DNA of 64,000 nucleotides from Bacteroidetes bacterium UBA1941 (GTDB lineage: Bacteria > Bacteroidota > Bacteroidia > Chitinophagales > LD1), in the NCBI GenBank assembly GCA_002336805.1, contig DDEZ01000012.1, positions 111,054 through 175,053 of the forward strand, written 5' to 3'. This document shows positions 28,009 through 36,707 of this stretch, piece after piece. The notes beneath the pieces are model-generated. The model saw only the letters and a program-made list of their open reading frames with translations, was not told the origin of the DNA and did not search any database. A program made the translations under genes and the position numbers. Each line of letters starts with the position of its first letter. Within the stretch, counting starts at the first letter, position 1.

Positions 28009-29211
28009 TTAGTTTCTCCTCTGCAGCCTGCAAATGTAAAACCCGTCAAAGCCGGTTTGCGAAGGTGATATGCTCTGCTCGCCTATGATAGTAAAAGATG
28101 GATGATCCGCCACAAAGGCCTGTATCTGCTTTTCATTCTCAGACGGGAATATAGAGCAGGTGGCGTAAACCATCACACCTCCCGGACGTAACATAGCACT
28201 GTAGCGGCGGAGTATATCCTGCTGAGCTATGATGTACTGCTCCAGCAGGTCTGATGTGAGCTTCCACTTGGTATCAGGGTTGCGGCGTATCACGCCCATA
28301 CCTGAGCAGGGTACATCCAGCAGTAGCCGGTCTGCAGACTCACGCAGGGTGCTCTCCAGTCCATCCGTATAGGCAGTGGTGCGTATTATCTTTGCGTCGT
28401 TCCTTCTGGCCCGCGCCTCCAGCTCTTTGAGCTTATCCGGATAGATATCAATAGCGGTGATACGGCCTTTATTTTGCATCAGTGAGGCCAGATGAAGCGT
28501 TTTGCCACCGGCCCCGGCGCAGGCATCTATGACCATCATACCCGGCTGCACATCCAGCGCAGGTGCCACCAGCTGAGAGGATATGTCCTGTATCTCAAAC
28601 CAGCCACTCTTGTAGGCATAGGTAGTGCGCAGATTTTTGCGGCCGCTGATGATGATCGCATCCGGAGCCGCATCACTCAGCGTAAACGGTATCTGCTCCG
28701 ACTGCAAGAAGTCTATGACCGTCTGCCTGGTAGCGCGTAGGTGATTTACCCGGATACATAGAGGTGCCTGATCATTCAGCGCATGTATCTCAGAGGCCCA
28801 GTGGCTGCCCAGCTCCTGCCCTCCTTTGGCGTCTAGCCAGTCGGGTAGTGACTCTGCGAGTGCGCGGTGCGAGTGCGCGGCCGCGAGGCGGGAGTGTACC
28901 GTAGCAGCATCCAGGCCGGCCCACTCGGGCCAGTCCGGCAGCTCATGCCCGGTGGTTATAAGGTATGCGCCCAATGCCATCCATATAGATGGAGCTGTAT
29001 CCATATAGTCACCGCCGGCAGCATATCCATAGAGCCGCTGATAGCGTATGAGCGTGTAGATGTGATCTGCTATGAAATTGCGGTCACGGGCGCCCCATTT
29101 TTTATTGGACTGCAGGAGGGTGTCTATGGCGTATCCTGCATGTGCGCCCTGTATGAGTATCTGCTCCAGCCCTATCACTATGGCCTCACAGAGATTGCGA
29201 TGTAGTCTCAA
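28009..29211 (-). CDS. RsmB/NOP2-family SAM-dependent RNA m5C methyltransferase
   Basis: DACAGAGGKT (SAM motif), LLDVPCSGMGVIRRNPD and YATCS catalytic cysteines. TTG start. Confidence 0.85.
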   Translation of the reverse strand: MRLHRNLCEAIVIGLEQILIQGAHAGYAIDTLLQSNKKWGARDRNFIADHIYTLIRYQRLYGYAAGGDYMDTAPSIWMALGAYLITTGHELPDWPEWAGLDAATVHSRLAAAHSHRALAESLPDWLDAKGGQELGSHWASEIHALNDQAPLCIRVNHLRATRQTVIDFLQSEQIPFTLSDAAPDAIIISGRKNLRTTYAYKSGWFEIQDISSQLVAPALDVQPGMMVIDACAGAGGKTLHLASLMQNKGRITAIDIYPDKLKELEARARRNDAKIIRTTAYTDGLESTLRESADRLLLDVPCSGMGVIRRNPDTKWKLTSDLLEQYIIAQQDILRRYSAMLRPGGVMVYATCSIFPSENEKQIQAFVADHPSFTIIGEQSISPSQTGFDGFYICRLQRRN

Positions 29212-29218
29212 TGATGAT

Positions 29219-31471
29219 TTACTTTATGATGATCACTTTCTGGTCGTATGTCCTGCCATGCGTATCTGCTGCATGGAGCACATAGGCGCCTGCCGGAAGG
29301 GCTGCGACGGATATCGTAGCCTCCTGATCGGCACCAGCCGCAATATCGGCATTTATCCTGTGACCGAGTACATCATAGAGCTGCACATACTCCAGGCGTG
29401 CATCACCATCTGCCAGGCGGCATATCACCCTATCACGGGCAGGATTGGGATATACCTGCAGGGTAGCCGTAGTCTGTACGGGCAGCTCCGCTATGGACGC
29501 AGTAGCACCATTGCCCCAGTATCCGTCTGAGAAGAGCATCATGCCGCCACGTATATTGCCGGTCAGGTAATCCCTGTAGCCATCATGATTGATATCTGCT
29601 ATGCTGATGGTGGAGCGCAGGCCGGCATTGACACCGACCACATCCGAGTCGAGCAGGCGGAAAGTGCCGCGGCGCAGGCTATCCTGGTTTATAAGAAATT
29701 TGAAGGTGCGGCCGAGCTGCGAACCTGAATATAGCATCAGCTGGCCACCCTCCTGGCGCAGGGCCGGCGCAGCGAAACCAGGCAACAGCCCGATGTGGTA
29801 ATCATATACACGCACACCACCAAAGAAATTATTGACCGAGTCACGGGAGAAGAGAGGATTGGTACGCGTGCCAAAATTCCAGTAGTACTGAATATTGTTG
29901 CTACGTGAGCCTATGACCAGATCCGGCAGGCTGTCACCATTCACATCATAGATAAATGGAGCTGCATTTTGATTCACATTGATGTTAAACCAGTTTTGCT
30001 GCGTGAGAGATGGGAATCTGGCAGTGTCTGAGTTGGAGGTGTTTTTGAAAAAGTGTATCCTGCCGGTGTAGTCGCCTATCACCATATCTGTCTTGCCATC
30101 GCCATTCATATCGCCAAAAGCGGGAAAAAGGCCGGTCACATTATAGGCACTCAAGCCATACCAGTCTGTGCTGACCTCATCGAAAACGGGCATCGTATCA
30201 GTACCGATATTGTGATATAGCGCGAGCGACGATTTAGAGGCGCCCGATGTCTGAAACCTGCCATAATTTCCCATGACGATATCCATGAGGCCATCTCCAT
30301 CGTAGTCAAAGAATACAGGATGTGACTCTGTGCCCACGTCTACTATCTCGCGGGTAAAAGTTGTATCACCCATGTAGTGGTATTTTTCCAGCGAGTCATC
30401 AGCTATATTGTGATAATACTGTACCACCTTGACATCCTCAGACTGGCCAGGCTGGTAGGCATTGGAGGCAAAGGGGGATATGAACAGATCTTCAAAGCCG
30501 TCATTGTCGGCATCCAGGCCAAACGGGGCGGGGAAGAGAGGCAGATTGACTGACCTGTCGTACACAGGGAAAATAGAATCAGCGTAGGTAATGACCGCCG
30601 ATGTGGTATCTCCGCGATTTTCCAGAAACTTCAGAGTATTGCAAAATATATCTGCCAGCAGCAGGCTAAGTACCGGAGAGTTTCTCCGATAGTGTACGCC
30701 ATATAGAGCCCCTCCCTGATGCCGGGCTACCTGCGCATCCGAGTGCAGGACAAGCCCCCCCGATAAACACTGAGCGAGAGACACGCCACAGTCATTGGAG
30801 TTTTCTATGAAATAGCCCCAGCAGTTTGTGACCAGGTCAAAAACGAGCGAATCGCGATCCATCCCGCTCTCTACTGCCCTGTTCTTGTAAAAATTGAGTG
30901 TAGTACCACCTGCTATATCAGAGGCAAGGACGTCCAGGTCGCCATCATGGTCCACATCCTGCATGATGGGTATATTGTCCATAAATGTCCAGATATGATC
31001 CGGCAGCGGACCACCATAGGAATAATTCAAACGATCATAAAGCTTGGTAAATCCGATGCCGGAGCCGGTGCGATAACCCTTGAAGACCATGATGTCACTG
31101 GTGGGACTGAGTGCAAAGATATCTCCTACTCCATCCCGGTTGTGGTCGCGTATCACTGCCCAGTCACGCAGCTCCCTTGGGAACATATTGTCATACTTTG
31201 GCGCATAGATGTATGAAAGGTGGCCGGCACTACCCGTATTGATGAAAGCCTGGGCTTTCCAGCCTGCCTTGTCATAGACGAAGAGATCCATGAGGCCATC
31301 CTGATTGAGATCGATAGGGGAGAAAAGTGGATTATTCAATCCGCCTACCCATGGGTTCTGCAGGGAGCGGCCGCCACGAAGTACTTTCACCCCCTCTATA
31401 TGGTACTTCTGACCAGTAACAAGAAGTGGAAAAAGAAGGATCAAGAGTGCAATTCTACGCATGGTTTTCAT
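29219..31471 (-). CDS. FG-GAP/VCBS-repeat protein with T9SS C-terminal sorting domain
   Basis: Signal MKTMRRIALLILLFPLLVTGQ. It has many D.N.DG..D(L/I) calcium-loop repeats. The C-terminus is LQVYPNPARDRV...GAYVLHAADTHGRTYDQKVIIIK. Confidence 0.8.
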   Translation of the reverse strand: MKTMRRIALLILLFPLLVTGQKYHIEGVKVLRGGRSLQNPWVGGLNNPLFSPIDLNQDGLMDLFVYDKAGWKAQAFINTGSAGHLSYIYAPKYDNMFPRELRDWAVIRDHNRDGVGDIFALSPTSDIMVFKGYRTGSGIGFTKLYDRLNYSYGGPLPDHIWTFMDNIPIMQDVDHDGDLDVLASDIAGGTTLNFYKNRAVESGMDRDSLVFDLVTNCWGYFIENSNDCGVSLAQCLSGGLVLHSDAQVARHQGGALYGVHYRRNSPVLSLLLADIFCNTLKFLENRGDTTSAVITYADSIFPVYDRSVNLPLFPAPFGLDADNDGFEDLFISPFASNAYQPGQSEDVKVVQYYHNIADDSLEKYHYMGDTTFTREIVDVGTESHPVFFDYDGDGLMDIVMGNYGRFQTSGASKSSLALYHNIGTDTMPVFDEVSTDWYGLSAYNVTGLFPAFGDMNGDGKTDMVIGDYTGRIHFFKNTSNSDTARFPSLTQQNWFNINVNQNAAPFIYDVNGDSLPDLVIGSRSNNIQYYWNFGTRTNPLFSRDSVNNFFGGVRVYDYHIGLLPGFAAPALRQEGGQLMLYSGSQLGRTFKFLINQDSLRRGTFRLLDSDVVGVNAGLRSTISIADINHDGYRDYLTGNIRGGMMLFSDGYWGNGATASIAELPVQTTATLQVYPNPARDRVICRLADGDARLEYVQLYDVLGHRINADIAAGADQEATISVAALPAGAYVLHAADTHGRTYDQKVIIIK

Positions 31472-31570
31472 TTTACTATAAGACTAGTGAATTTACGAAA
31501 AGTTGCGCGGAGCATGGTAGTTCTCGGTAAATAGGATGATCTAGACTCCTTGACGAGTAAATATTGTTCC

Positions 31571-31606
31571 TAAAACAGAAAAGGCTGTGGGCTAATACCC
31601 ACAGCC
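31571..31606 (-). terminator. Rho-independent terminator downstream of tRNA-Arg
   Basis: GGCTGTGGG(31583-31591)/CCCACAGCC(31598-31606) hairpin with a 6-nt loop. On the minus strand it is followed by TTTTCTGTTTTA. Confidence 0.6.
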
Positions 31607-31619
31607 TTAATCTAATATG

Positions 31620-31692
31620 TGATCCCGGTAGGAATCGAACCTACGGCCGATTGATTAGAAATCAATTGCTCTATCCGCTGAGCTACGGGACC
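31620..31692 (-). tRNA. tRNA-Arg (anticodon TCT)
   Basis: The reverse complement is GGTCCCGTAGCTCAGCGGATAGAGCAATTGATTTCTAATCAATCGGCCGTAGGTTCGATTCCTACCGGGATCA. I folded it by hand into a 7-bp acceptor, GCTC/GAGC D stem, ATTGA/TCAAT anticodon stem with loop TTTCTAA, and GTAGG/CCTAC T stem with loop TTCGATT. No encoded CCA. Confidence 0.95.
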
Positions 31693-31711
31693 AGCTATTT
31701 CTCAAGCGCGG

Positions 31712-31719
31712 CAAATATA
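31712..31719 (-). promoter_or_regulatory. -7 box TATATTTG upstream of tRNA-Arg
   Basis: The minus strand reads ...ggTATATTTGccgcgcttgagaaatagct|GGTCCC. The box ends 19 nt before the mature 5' end. Confidence 0.4.
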
Positions 31720-31829
31720 CCCATTTCCCCTCTATCGTGCTAGGGCTTATTTAACAAGGAGATAGGACAGCAAATGGAGCCATGTGGAAATTTGAGTGGA
31801 AAATAACGGTCGTTTATTTGAAAATGCCT

Positions 31830-31837
31830 TATTTTTG
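31830..31837 (+). promoter_or_regulatory. -7 box TATTTTTG upstream of the T9SS cargo gene
   Basis: TAnnTTTG match 30 nt before ATG 31867. Confidence 0.35.
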
Positions 31838-31866
31838 TCATTACATCAAATCAGTAAACAACGATC

Positions 31867-32685
31867 ATGAAAAAACTATTTACCCTATTATCATTCTCTC
31901 TTCTCTTTGGCGCGAGCTATGCACAATATTGTGGCAGCTCTCAGGTATCTGCCATCAATCCGGGCAGCAACTACGGTTTCCCTAAGCTGGATAGCATCCC
32001 ATGCATCGTACAGGGTGCCAATACTACACTGGATATTCCTTTCAAGACGTATACTACTTTTACCGCACAGGGCAATACAGTAAACATCTACAAACTGAAA
32101 ATAGATGTGATGAATAACCTGCCATGCGGCCTTTGCTGGTCCAGCACAAGTGCTACTAATGAATTTAACCCTAATGACCTGGGTACATTCCGCATACAAG
32201 GAACGACTAATGATGCTGTAGGTGAATATAAAATACACCTGCTGCTCTCGGTAAATACACAAAACCAAGGCAACTACGATATCGATAGCATAGATGCAGA
32301 TGCAGGTGGCGTATATCTCTATGTACGTGTGAAGGCTAACGGTGGCAACTGCGCACCGGTAGATACTAACTCTATCGGCCTGACCGCCAGTACTCAGTGC
32401 CCTACAGGTATCAATGATGTAAAGGCTAATGTATCTGCACTCAGTGTACAGCCTAACCCAATGACCAGCGAGGCTAATGTGACATTCACATCTGAGGTAG
32501 CCGGCACCAGCAACATCACCATCACAAACATAGTAGGCAGCGTAGTATACCGCACTGCTATCGCTACCAAGATAGGTGAGAACAATACAACTATCAACAA
32601 GGGCAACCTGCCGGCCGGTATCTACATCCTGACAGTAGGCAACAATAAGGCTGCTGCTTCACGCAAGTTTGTGATCGCAGAGTAA
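31867..32685 (+). CDS. T9SS-sorted secreted protein (272 aa), function unknown
   Basis: Signal MKKLFTLLSFSLLFGASYAQ. The C-terminal sorting domain is LSVQPNPMTSEANVTF...LPAGIYILTVGNNKAAASRKFVIAE. Confidence 0.75.
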   Translation: MKKLFTLLSFSLLFGASYAQYCGSSQVSAINPGSNYGFPKLDSIPCIVQGANTTLDIPFKTYTTFTAQGNTVNIYKLKIDVMNNLPCGLCWSSTSATNEFNPNDLGTFRIQGTTNDAVGEYKIHLLLSVNTQNQGNYDIDSIDADAGGVYLYVRVKANGGNCAPVDTNSIGLTASTQCPTGINDVKANVSALSVQPNPMTSEANVTFTSEVAGTSNITITNIVGSVVYRTAIATKIGENNTTINKGNLPAGIYILTVGNNKAAASRKFVIAE

Positions 32686-32704
32686 TTAAGATTTTTTTAG
32701 ATAG

Positions 32705-32740
32705 AAAAGTCCCGTCGTTTGGCGGGACTTTTTTGTTTTT
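32705..32740 (+). terminator. Rho-independent terminator
   Basis: AGTCCCG(32708-32714)/CGGGACT(32723-32729) hairpin followed by TTTTTTGTTTTT. Confidence 0.7.
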
Positions 32741-32828
32741 ATGCATTGTGGGTTAGTTTTGTGGCCGTTGGCATTTCGTTTGCTATATGCCTGGTCTCTA
32801 CATCATCTTACTAAAAACCAAACATCGA

Positions 32829-33704
32829 ATGAAAAGGAATACGCTCTTGTCTATCGCGCTGCTGGCAGTGATCTGCCTGACCATGACCTCTGCTGCACCA
32901 CCAGCCAGCCAGACCCGGCAGATAGTAGATAATATGCTGAGTACGATAGCACACCACACAGGCGCTACCTTTAACATGAGCGCGGCTGAGCGTATAGTGG
33001 GCAAAGGCAATGAGTTTAATAAGATGTCGATGTTCACTAAGGTGAATGTAAGCCCGCTGAAGATATACTCTAAGGTGCTGAGCGACCCTAACAAAGGCAC
33101 AGAGCTACTCTACGTGACCGGCCAGCGCGAAAATAAGATCCGCGTAAACCCTGGTAAATTCCTACCATCCCTCACACTGGCGCCTACCAGCAATCTACTG
33201 AGCAAGAATCAGCATCATACATTGCTTACTTCCGGCTTTAGCGTGGTACGTGATATCGTATCTGCAGGTGTGAAGCGCGCAGATGCGCAGGGTGGTTTTG
33301 ACAAGGTATTTACCCTGCTGGGTGAGGTAAACTATGGTGGCCGCAAGTGCTATAAGATCCAGATAGAAGACCCGACCTATACCTATACGACAGCTGTAGG
33401 GCAAAACGGCGAGAATGTCAATACAATGGCCAAGCGCCTGCTAGTATCTGAGTACCACATCATGGAGCTGAACCCAGCCTTCCGCTCCCTGGATGAGAGT
33501 GTAGCTGGTAAGACCCTGAAAGTGCCTAGCTCCTACGCCAAGAAGAGCGTGATGTATGTAGATGCCGCTACTAATGTGCCGCTCTATCAGGAGATGAGTG
33601 ATGAGAAGGGCCTCTTTGAGAAATATGAGTATTCCAATGTAGTGCTCAACCCGGCCTTCAAGGCGGATGAGTTCTCTGAGAAGTTTTCAGAGTATAGTTT
33701 CTAA
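32829..33704 (+). CDS. Secreted hypothetical protein (DUF1571-like; tentative) with a LysM-like C-terminal segment
   Basis: Signal MKRNTLLSIALLAVICLTMTSAA. The LysM-like segment is GENVNTMAKRLLVSEYHIMELNPAFRSLDESVAGKTLKVP. The family assignment is from memory only. Confidence 0.6.
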   Translation: MKRNTLLSIALLAVICLTMTSAAPPASQTRQIVDNMLSTIAHHTGATFNMSAAERIVGKGNEFNKMSMFTKVNVSPLKIYSKVLSDPNKGTELLYVTGQRENKIRVNPGKFLPSLTLAPTSNLLSKNQHHTLLTSGFSVVRDIVSAGVKRADAQGGFDKVFTLLGEVNYGGRKCYKIQIEDPTYTYTTAVGQNGENVNTMAKRLLVSEYHIMELNPAFRSLDESVAGKTLKVPSSYAKKSVMYVDAATNVPLYQEMSDEKGLFEKYEYSNVVLNPAFKADEFSEKFSEYSF

Positions 33705-33711
33705 ATCATAT

Positions 33712-33736
33712 AGCCCGGTCACGCCGGGCTTTTTTC
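33712..33736 (+). terminator. Rho-independent terminator
   Basis: AGCCCGG(33712-33718)/CCGGGCT(33724-33730) hairpin followed by TTTTT. Confidence 0.7.
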
Positions 33737-33754
33737 ATCCATATACCCACACAG

Positions 33755-34738
33755 ATGCGTTTGCTCACTTTACTATTGTGCCTGGTCACTATCCACGCTA
33801 TGGCACAGCTTCCCGCTCATTTTGACAGCAAAGACCAGCCTGCTGCACCTGACTATACGCAGGAGCAGAACTGGAGTGCGCTACCCTACCGCACAGATGC
33901 GGCAGATGTGATACCACCTGATGAAAAGTGGATCAGTGACTCGCTGAAGGGAGTAGATGTATTTTATGTCTATCCCACTATCTATCAGAAAGGCAAAACA
34001 TGGAATGCAGACCTGGCCAATAAGAAACTGAATAAGCGTATAGACAACCTGCCGGTGCGTTTCCAGGCGGGAGTATTCAACGCAAGCTGCCGGGTGTATG
34101 CGCCTCGCTACCGTCAGGGCAATATCCAGTGCTACTATGATAGCATCAACGGGCCTATGGGGCTTGACTTTGCCTATCAGGATGTAGCGCGGGCATTTCA
34201 ATACTACCTGGACCACTACAATCATGGGCGGCCCATCATCATCGCATCCCACAGCCAGGGTAGCAATCACTCGTGGAGGCTGCTCAGGGAGTTTTTTGAT
34301 GGCAAGCCACTGGCCAAACAATTAGTATGCGCCTATACAGTGGGTATGGGTGTAGACACGACCTGGTACAAGGTGCTACGTCCATGTGGCAATGCGACTG
34401 AAACGGGCTGCTATGTGACCTGGTCGTCATTTCGCACGGGCTATGATCCGGGCAAGGATGTACTCCGCAACCCGATGTGTGTAAACCCTATCACCTGGCA
34501 GCGGGATACTACGCTGGTACCGGCATCAGCTTCTCTGGGAGGTATATTCCTAAAGATACGCCGGCACCGCTGGCAGCATGCCGCATCAGCGCAGGTACAC
34601 AATGACTATCTATGGGTAAAGACGCGCCTTCCCTTTGTAAGTGGGTGGAAAGTGCTACACCTCGTAGACTACAATCTATACTGGTATGATATCCGCAAAA
34701 ATGTGGCTGACAGGATCAGGGCCTACCAGAAAAAGTAA
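33755..34738 (+). CDS. DUF3089-like alpha/beta-hydrolase-fold protein (putative lipase/esterase)
   Basis: Signal MRLLTLLLCLVTIHAMAQ. Motifs VDVFYVYPT, YAPRYRQ and SHSQGS (nucleophile elbow) match the DUF3089 pattern as I recall it. Confidence 0.75.
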   Translation: MRLLTLLLCLVTIHAMAQLPAHFDSKDQPAAPDYTQEQNWSALPYRTDAADVIPPDEKWISDSLKGVDVFYVYPTIYQKGKTWNADLANKKLNKRIDNLPVRFQAGVFNASCRVYAPRYRQGNIQCYYDSINGPMGLDFAYQDVARAFQYYLDHYNHGRPIIIASHSQGSNHSWRLLREFFDGKPLAKQLVCAYTVGMGVDTTWYKVLRPCGNATETGCYVTWSSFRTGYDPGKDVLRNPMCVNPITWQRDTTLVPASASLGGIFLKIRRHRWQHAASAQVHNDYLWVKTRLPFVSGWKVLHLVDYNLYWYDIRKNVADRIRAYQKK

Positions 34739-35617
34739 TTACGCCTTGGCCGTAGTGACAGTACTGTCGATCTTGCCCACGAGTCCCTGCAGTACATTGC
34801 CGGGGCCGACTTCTATGAAGTTTGTGGCGCCATCAGCTATCATATGGCGCACGCTCTGTGTCCAGAGTACTGGCGCCGTGAGCTGCGCTATGAGGTTTGA
34901 CTTGATGGCAGCGGGATCGGTCTCCGCTTTAGCGGTATAGTTCTGATAGATGGGGCAGACAGGCGTGGCAAATACCGCTTTCTCTATACCAGCCGCCAGC
35001 TCCTCACGGGCCGGCTCCATCAGAGGGGAGTGGAATGCGCCACCTACCTGCAGTTTCAGCACGCGACGTACGCCTGCAACAGTCAGTTTCTCCATAGCAA
35101 TATCGATGCCTTTGACCGATCCTGATATGACGAGCTGGCCGGGGCAGTTATAGTTGGCAGGTACTACGACCTCCTCAGTGATAGACCTGCAAATATTCTC
35201 TACCTGCTCTTCGCTCTCATACCTGAGTACAGCAGCCATAGTAGACGGTACAGCTTCGCATGCTTTCTGCATGGCCAGTGCGCGGATGCTGACGAGGCGC
35301 AGCGCCTCATCAAAGCTCATGGCCTTATTAGCTACCAGTGCGGAGAACTCTCCGAGTGAGTGACCCGCTACCATATCCGGCTTGAAACCATCTATCAGCA
35401 GGGCAGATATCACAGAGTGGATGAATACAGCAGGCTGTGTCACGCTGGTCTGCTTCAGGTCCTCGTCAGACCCTTCGAACATGATAGAAGATATACTGAA
35501 TCCGAGTATCTCATCGGCCTTTTTGAAATAGTCTTTGGCGAGGTCGGACTTTTCGTAGAGGTCCTTGCCCATGCTTTTGAATTGGCTGCCTTGTCCCGGA
35601 AAGATGTATGCGTTCAC
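34739..35617 (-). CDS. fabD: Malonyl-CoA:ACP transacylase
   Basis: FPGQGSQ, GHSLGEFSA (active-site Ser) and GGAFHSPLM. Confidence 0.93.
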   Translation of the reverse strand: MNAYIFPGQGSQFKSMGKDLYEKSDLAKDYFKKADEILGFSISSIMFEGSDEDLKQTSVTQPAVFIHSVISALLIDGFKPDMVAGHSLGEFSALVANKAMSFDEALRLVSIRALAMQKACEAVPSTMAAVLRYESEEQVENICRSITEEVVVPANYNCPGQLVISGSVKGIDIAMEKLTVAGVRRVLKLQVGGAFHSPLMEPAREELAAGIEKAVFATPVCPIYQNYTAKAETDPAAIKSNLIAQLTAPVLWTQSVRHMIADGATNFIEVGPGNVLQGLVGKIDSTVTTAKA

Positions 35618-35643
35618 GATCTGTAGATAGATGGATGAATAAA

Positions 35644-36228
35644 TTAGCTCAGCTTCGCTGAGATGAGATTGATAAACTCATTGCGCGTGCTCTGATTCTG
35701 AAACTCACCGGTGAAGGCTGAGGTCGTAGTAGTACTGTTTTGCTTCTGCACGCCGCGCATCATCATGCAGAGGTGCTTGGCCTCTACTACTACTGCTACG
35801 CCCAGCGGGTCCAGCGTCTCCTGTATGCAGTCGCGTATCTGTATGGTGAGGCGCTCCTGCACCTGAAAACGGCGCGAGTACGCATCTACGATACGGGCCA
35901 GCTTACTCAGGCCGACGATCTTGCCGTTAGGTATATAGGCCACATGGGCGCGTCCGTAGAAGGGCAGCAGGTGATGCTCGCAGAGAGAGTATAGTTCTAT
36001 ATCTTTCACGATCACCATCTGATTGTGCTGCTCGTGAAATATGGCACCGCGCATGATAGCGTGTGCATCCATCTTATAGCCCGATGCCAGGAAGTGCATC
36101 GCCTTTGACGCACGTTGCGGGGTCTTGAGCAGGCCCTCGCGGGTGATATCTTCTCCCAGTCCTTTCAGTATCTCCTCATAGTGCAGGCTGAGGCGCGCTA
36201 CGGATGCTTCATCGAAATTCTTTTCCAT
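35644..36228 (-). CDS. folE: GTP cyclohydrolase I (FolE type IA)
   Basis: [10 protein letters not shown]...VAYIP...GLSKLARIV...QVQERLT...HLCMMMRGV. Confidence 0.93.
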   Translation of the reverse strand: MEKNFDEASVARLSLHYEEILKGLGEDITREGLLKTPQRASKAMHFLASGYKMDAHAIMRGAIFHEQHNQMVIVKDIELYSLCEHHLLPFYGRAHVAYIPNGKIVGLSKLARIVDAYSRRFQVQERLTIQIRDCIQETLDPLGVAVVVEAKHLCMMMRGVQKQNSTTTTSAFTGEFQNQSTRNEFINLISAKLS

Positions 36229-36239
36229 GCTTCTATATT

Positions 36240-36647
36240 TTACTCGCCGAAGTATTCGACATATATATTTTCCGTTTCCACCAGCTTCACACAGTGGAGC
36301 TTGCAGTCTGTGAGGTGTGGCTCCATCCAGCGCCAGATCTGTATGGCTACATTTTCTGACGTACCCAGCTTGTTTTTAAACTCCGGCACATCCAGGTTAA
36401 AGTTTTTATGATCCAGGCGGTCTACTATCTCACGCTTCATGATCTTGCTGAGATGGTGCGCATTGATCACAAAACCAGTTTCGGCGTGAGGCACAGCCTT
36501 GACAGTGACATAGACATCAAAGTTGTGACCGTGATAGTGCTTATTGGCACATTTGCCAAACACCTCCCTGTTCTTTTCTTCTGACCAGGAGTTGATGTAG
36601 AGCTTGTGCGCGCCGTTGAAGTGTTCTCTGCGAGTGAGGTAGACCAT
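36240..36647 (-). CDS. 6-pyruvoyl-tetrahydropterin synthase family protein (COG0720), PTPS-II-like motif spacing
   Basis: 135 aa and collinear with mammalian PTPS as I recall it: [26 protein letters not shown] (C-x5-HGH), [25 protein letters not shown]. Confidence 0.88.
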   Translation of the reverse strand: MVYLTRREHFNGAHKLYINSWSEEKNREVFGKCANKHYHGHNFDVYVTVKAVPHAETGFVINAHHLSKIMKREIVDRLDHKNFNLDVPEFKNKLGTSENVAIQIWRWMEPHLTDCKLHCVKLVETENIYVEYFGE

Positions 36648-36651
36648 GATT

Positions 36652-36681
36652 GATTTCGGATTTTGGATTCCGATTTCGGAT
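36652..36681. repeat. Exact 10-bp direct repeat GATTTCGGAT x2 (20-bp period) just upstream of the PTPS start
   Basis: Copies at 36652-36661 and 36672-36681, with the spacer tttggattcc containing a related GGATT core. Confidence 0.6.
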
Positions 36682-36707
36682 GTGAAGGTAATACAACTGC
36701 CGCTAAA

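Noticed and set aside
31472-31866. tRNA-Arg flanks considered as a possible attachment site of an integrated element.
   Set aside because: No integrase, excisionase or transposase is present. I could spot no duplicated tRNA 3' end, and the flanking genes have host-like composition.
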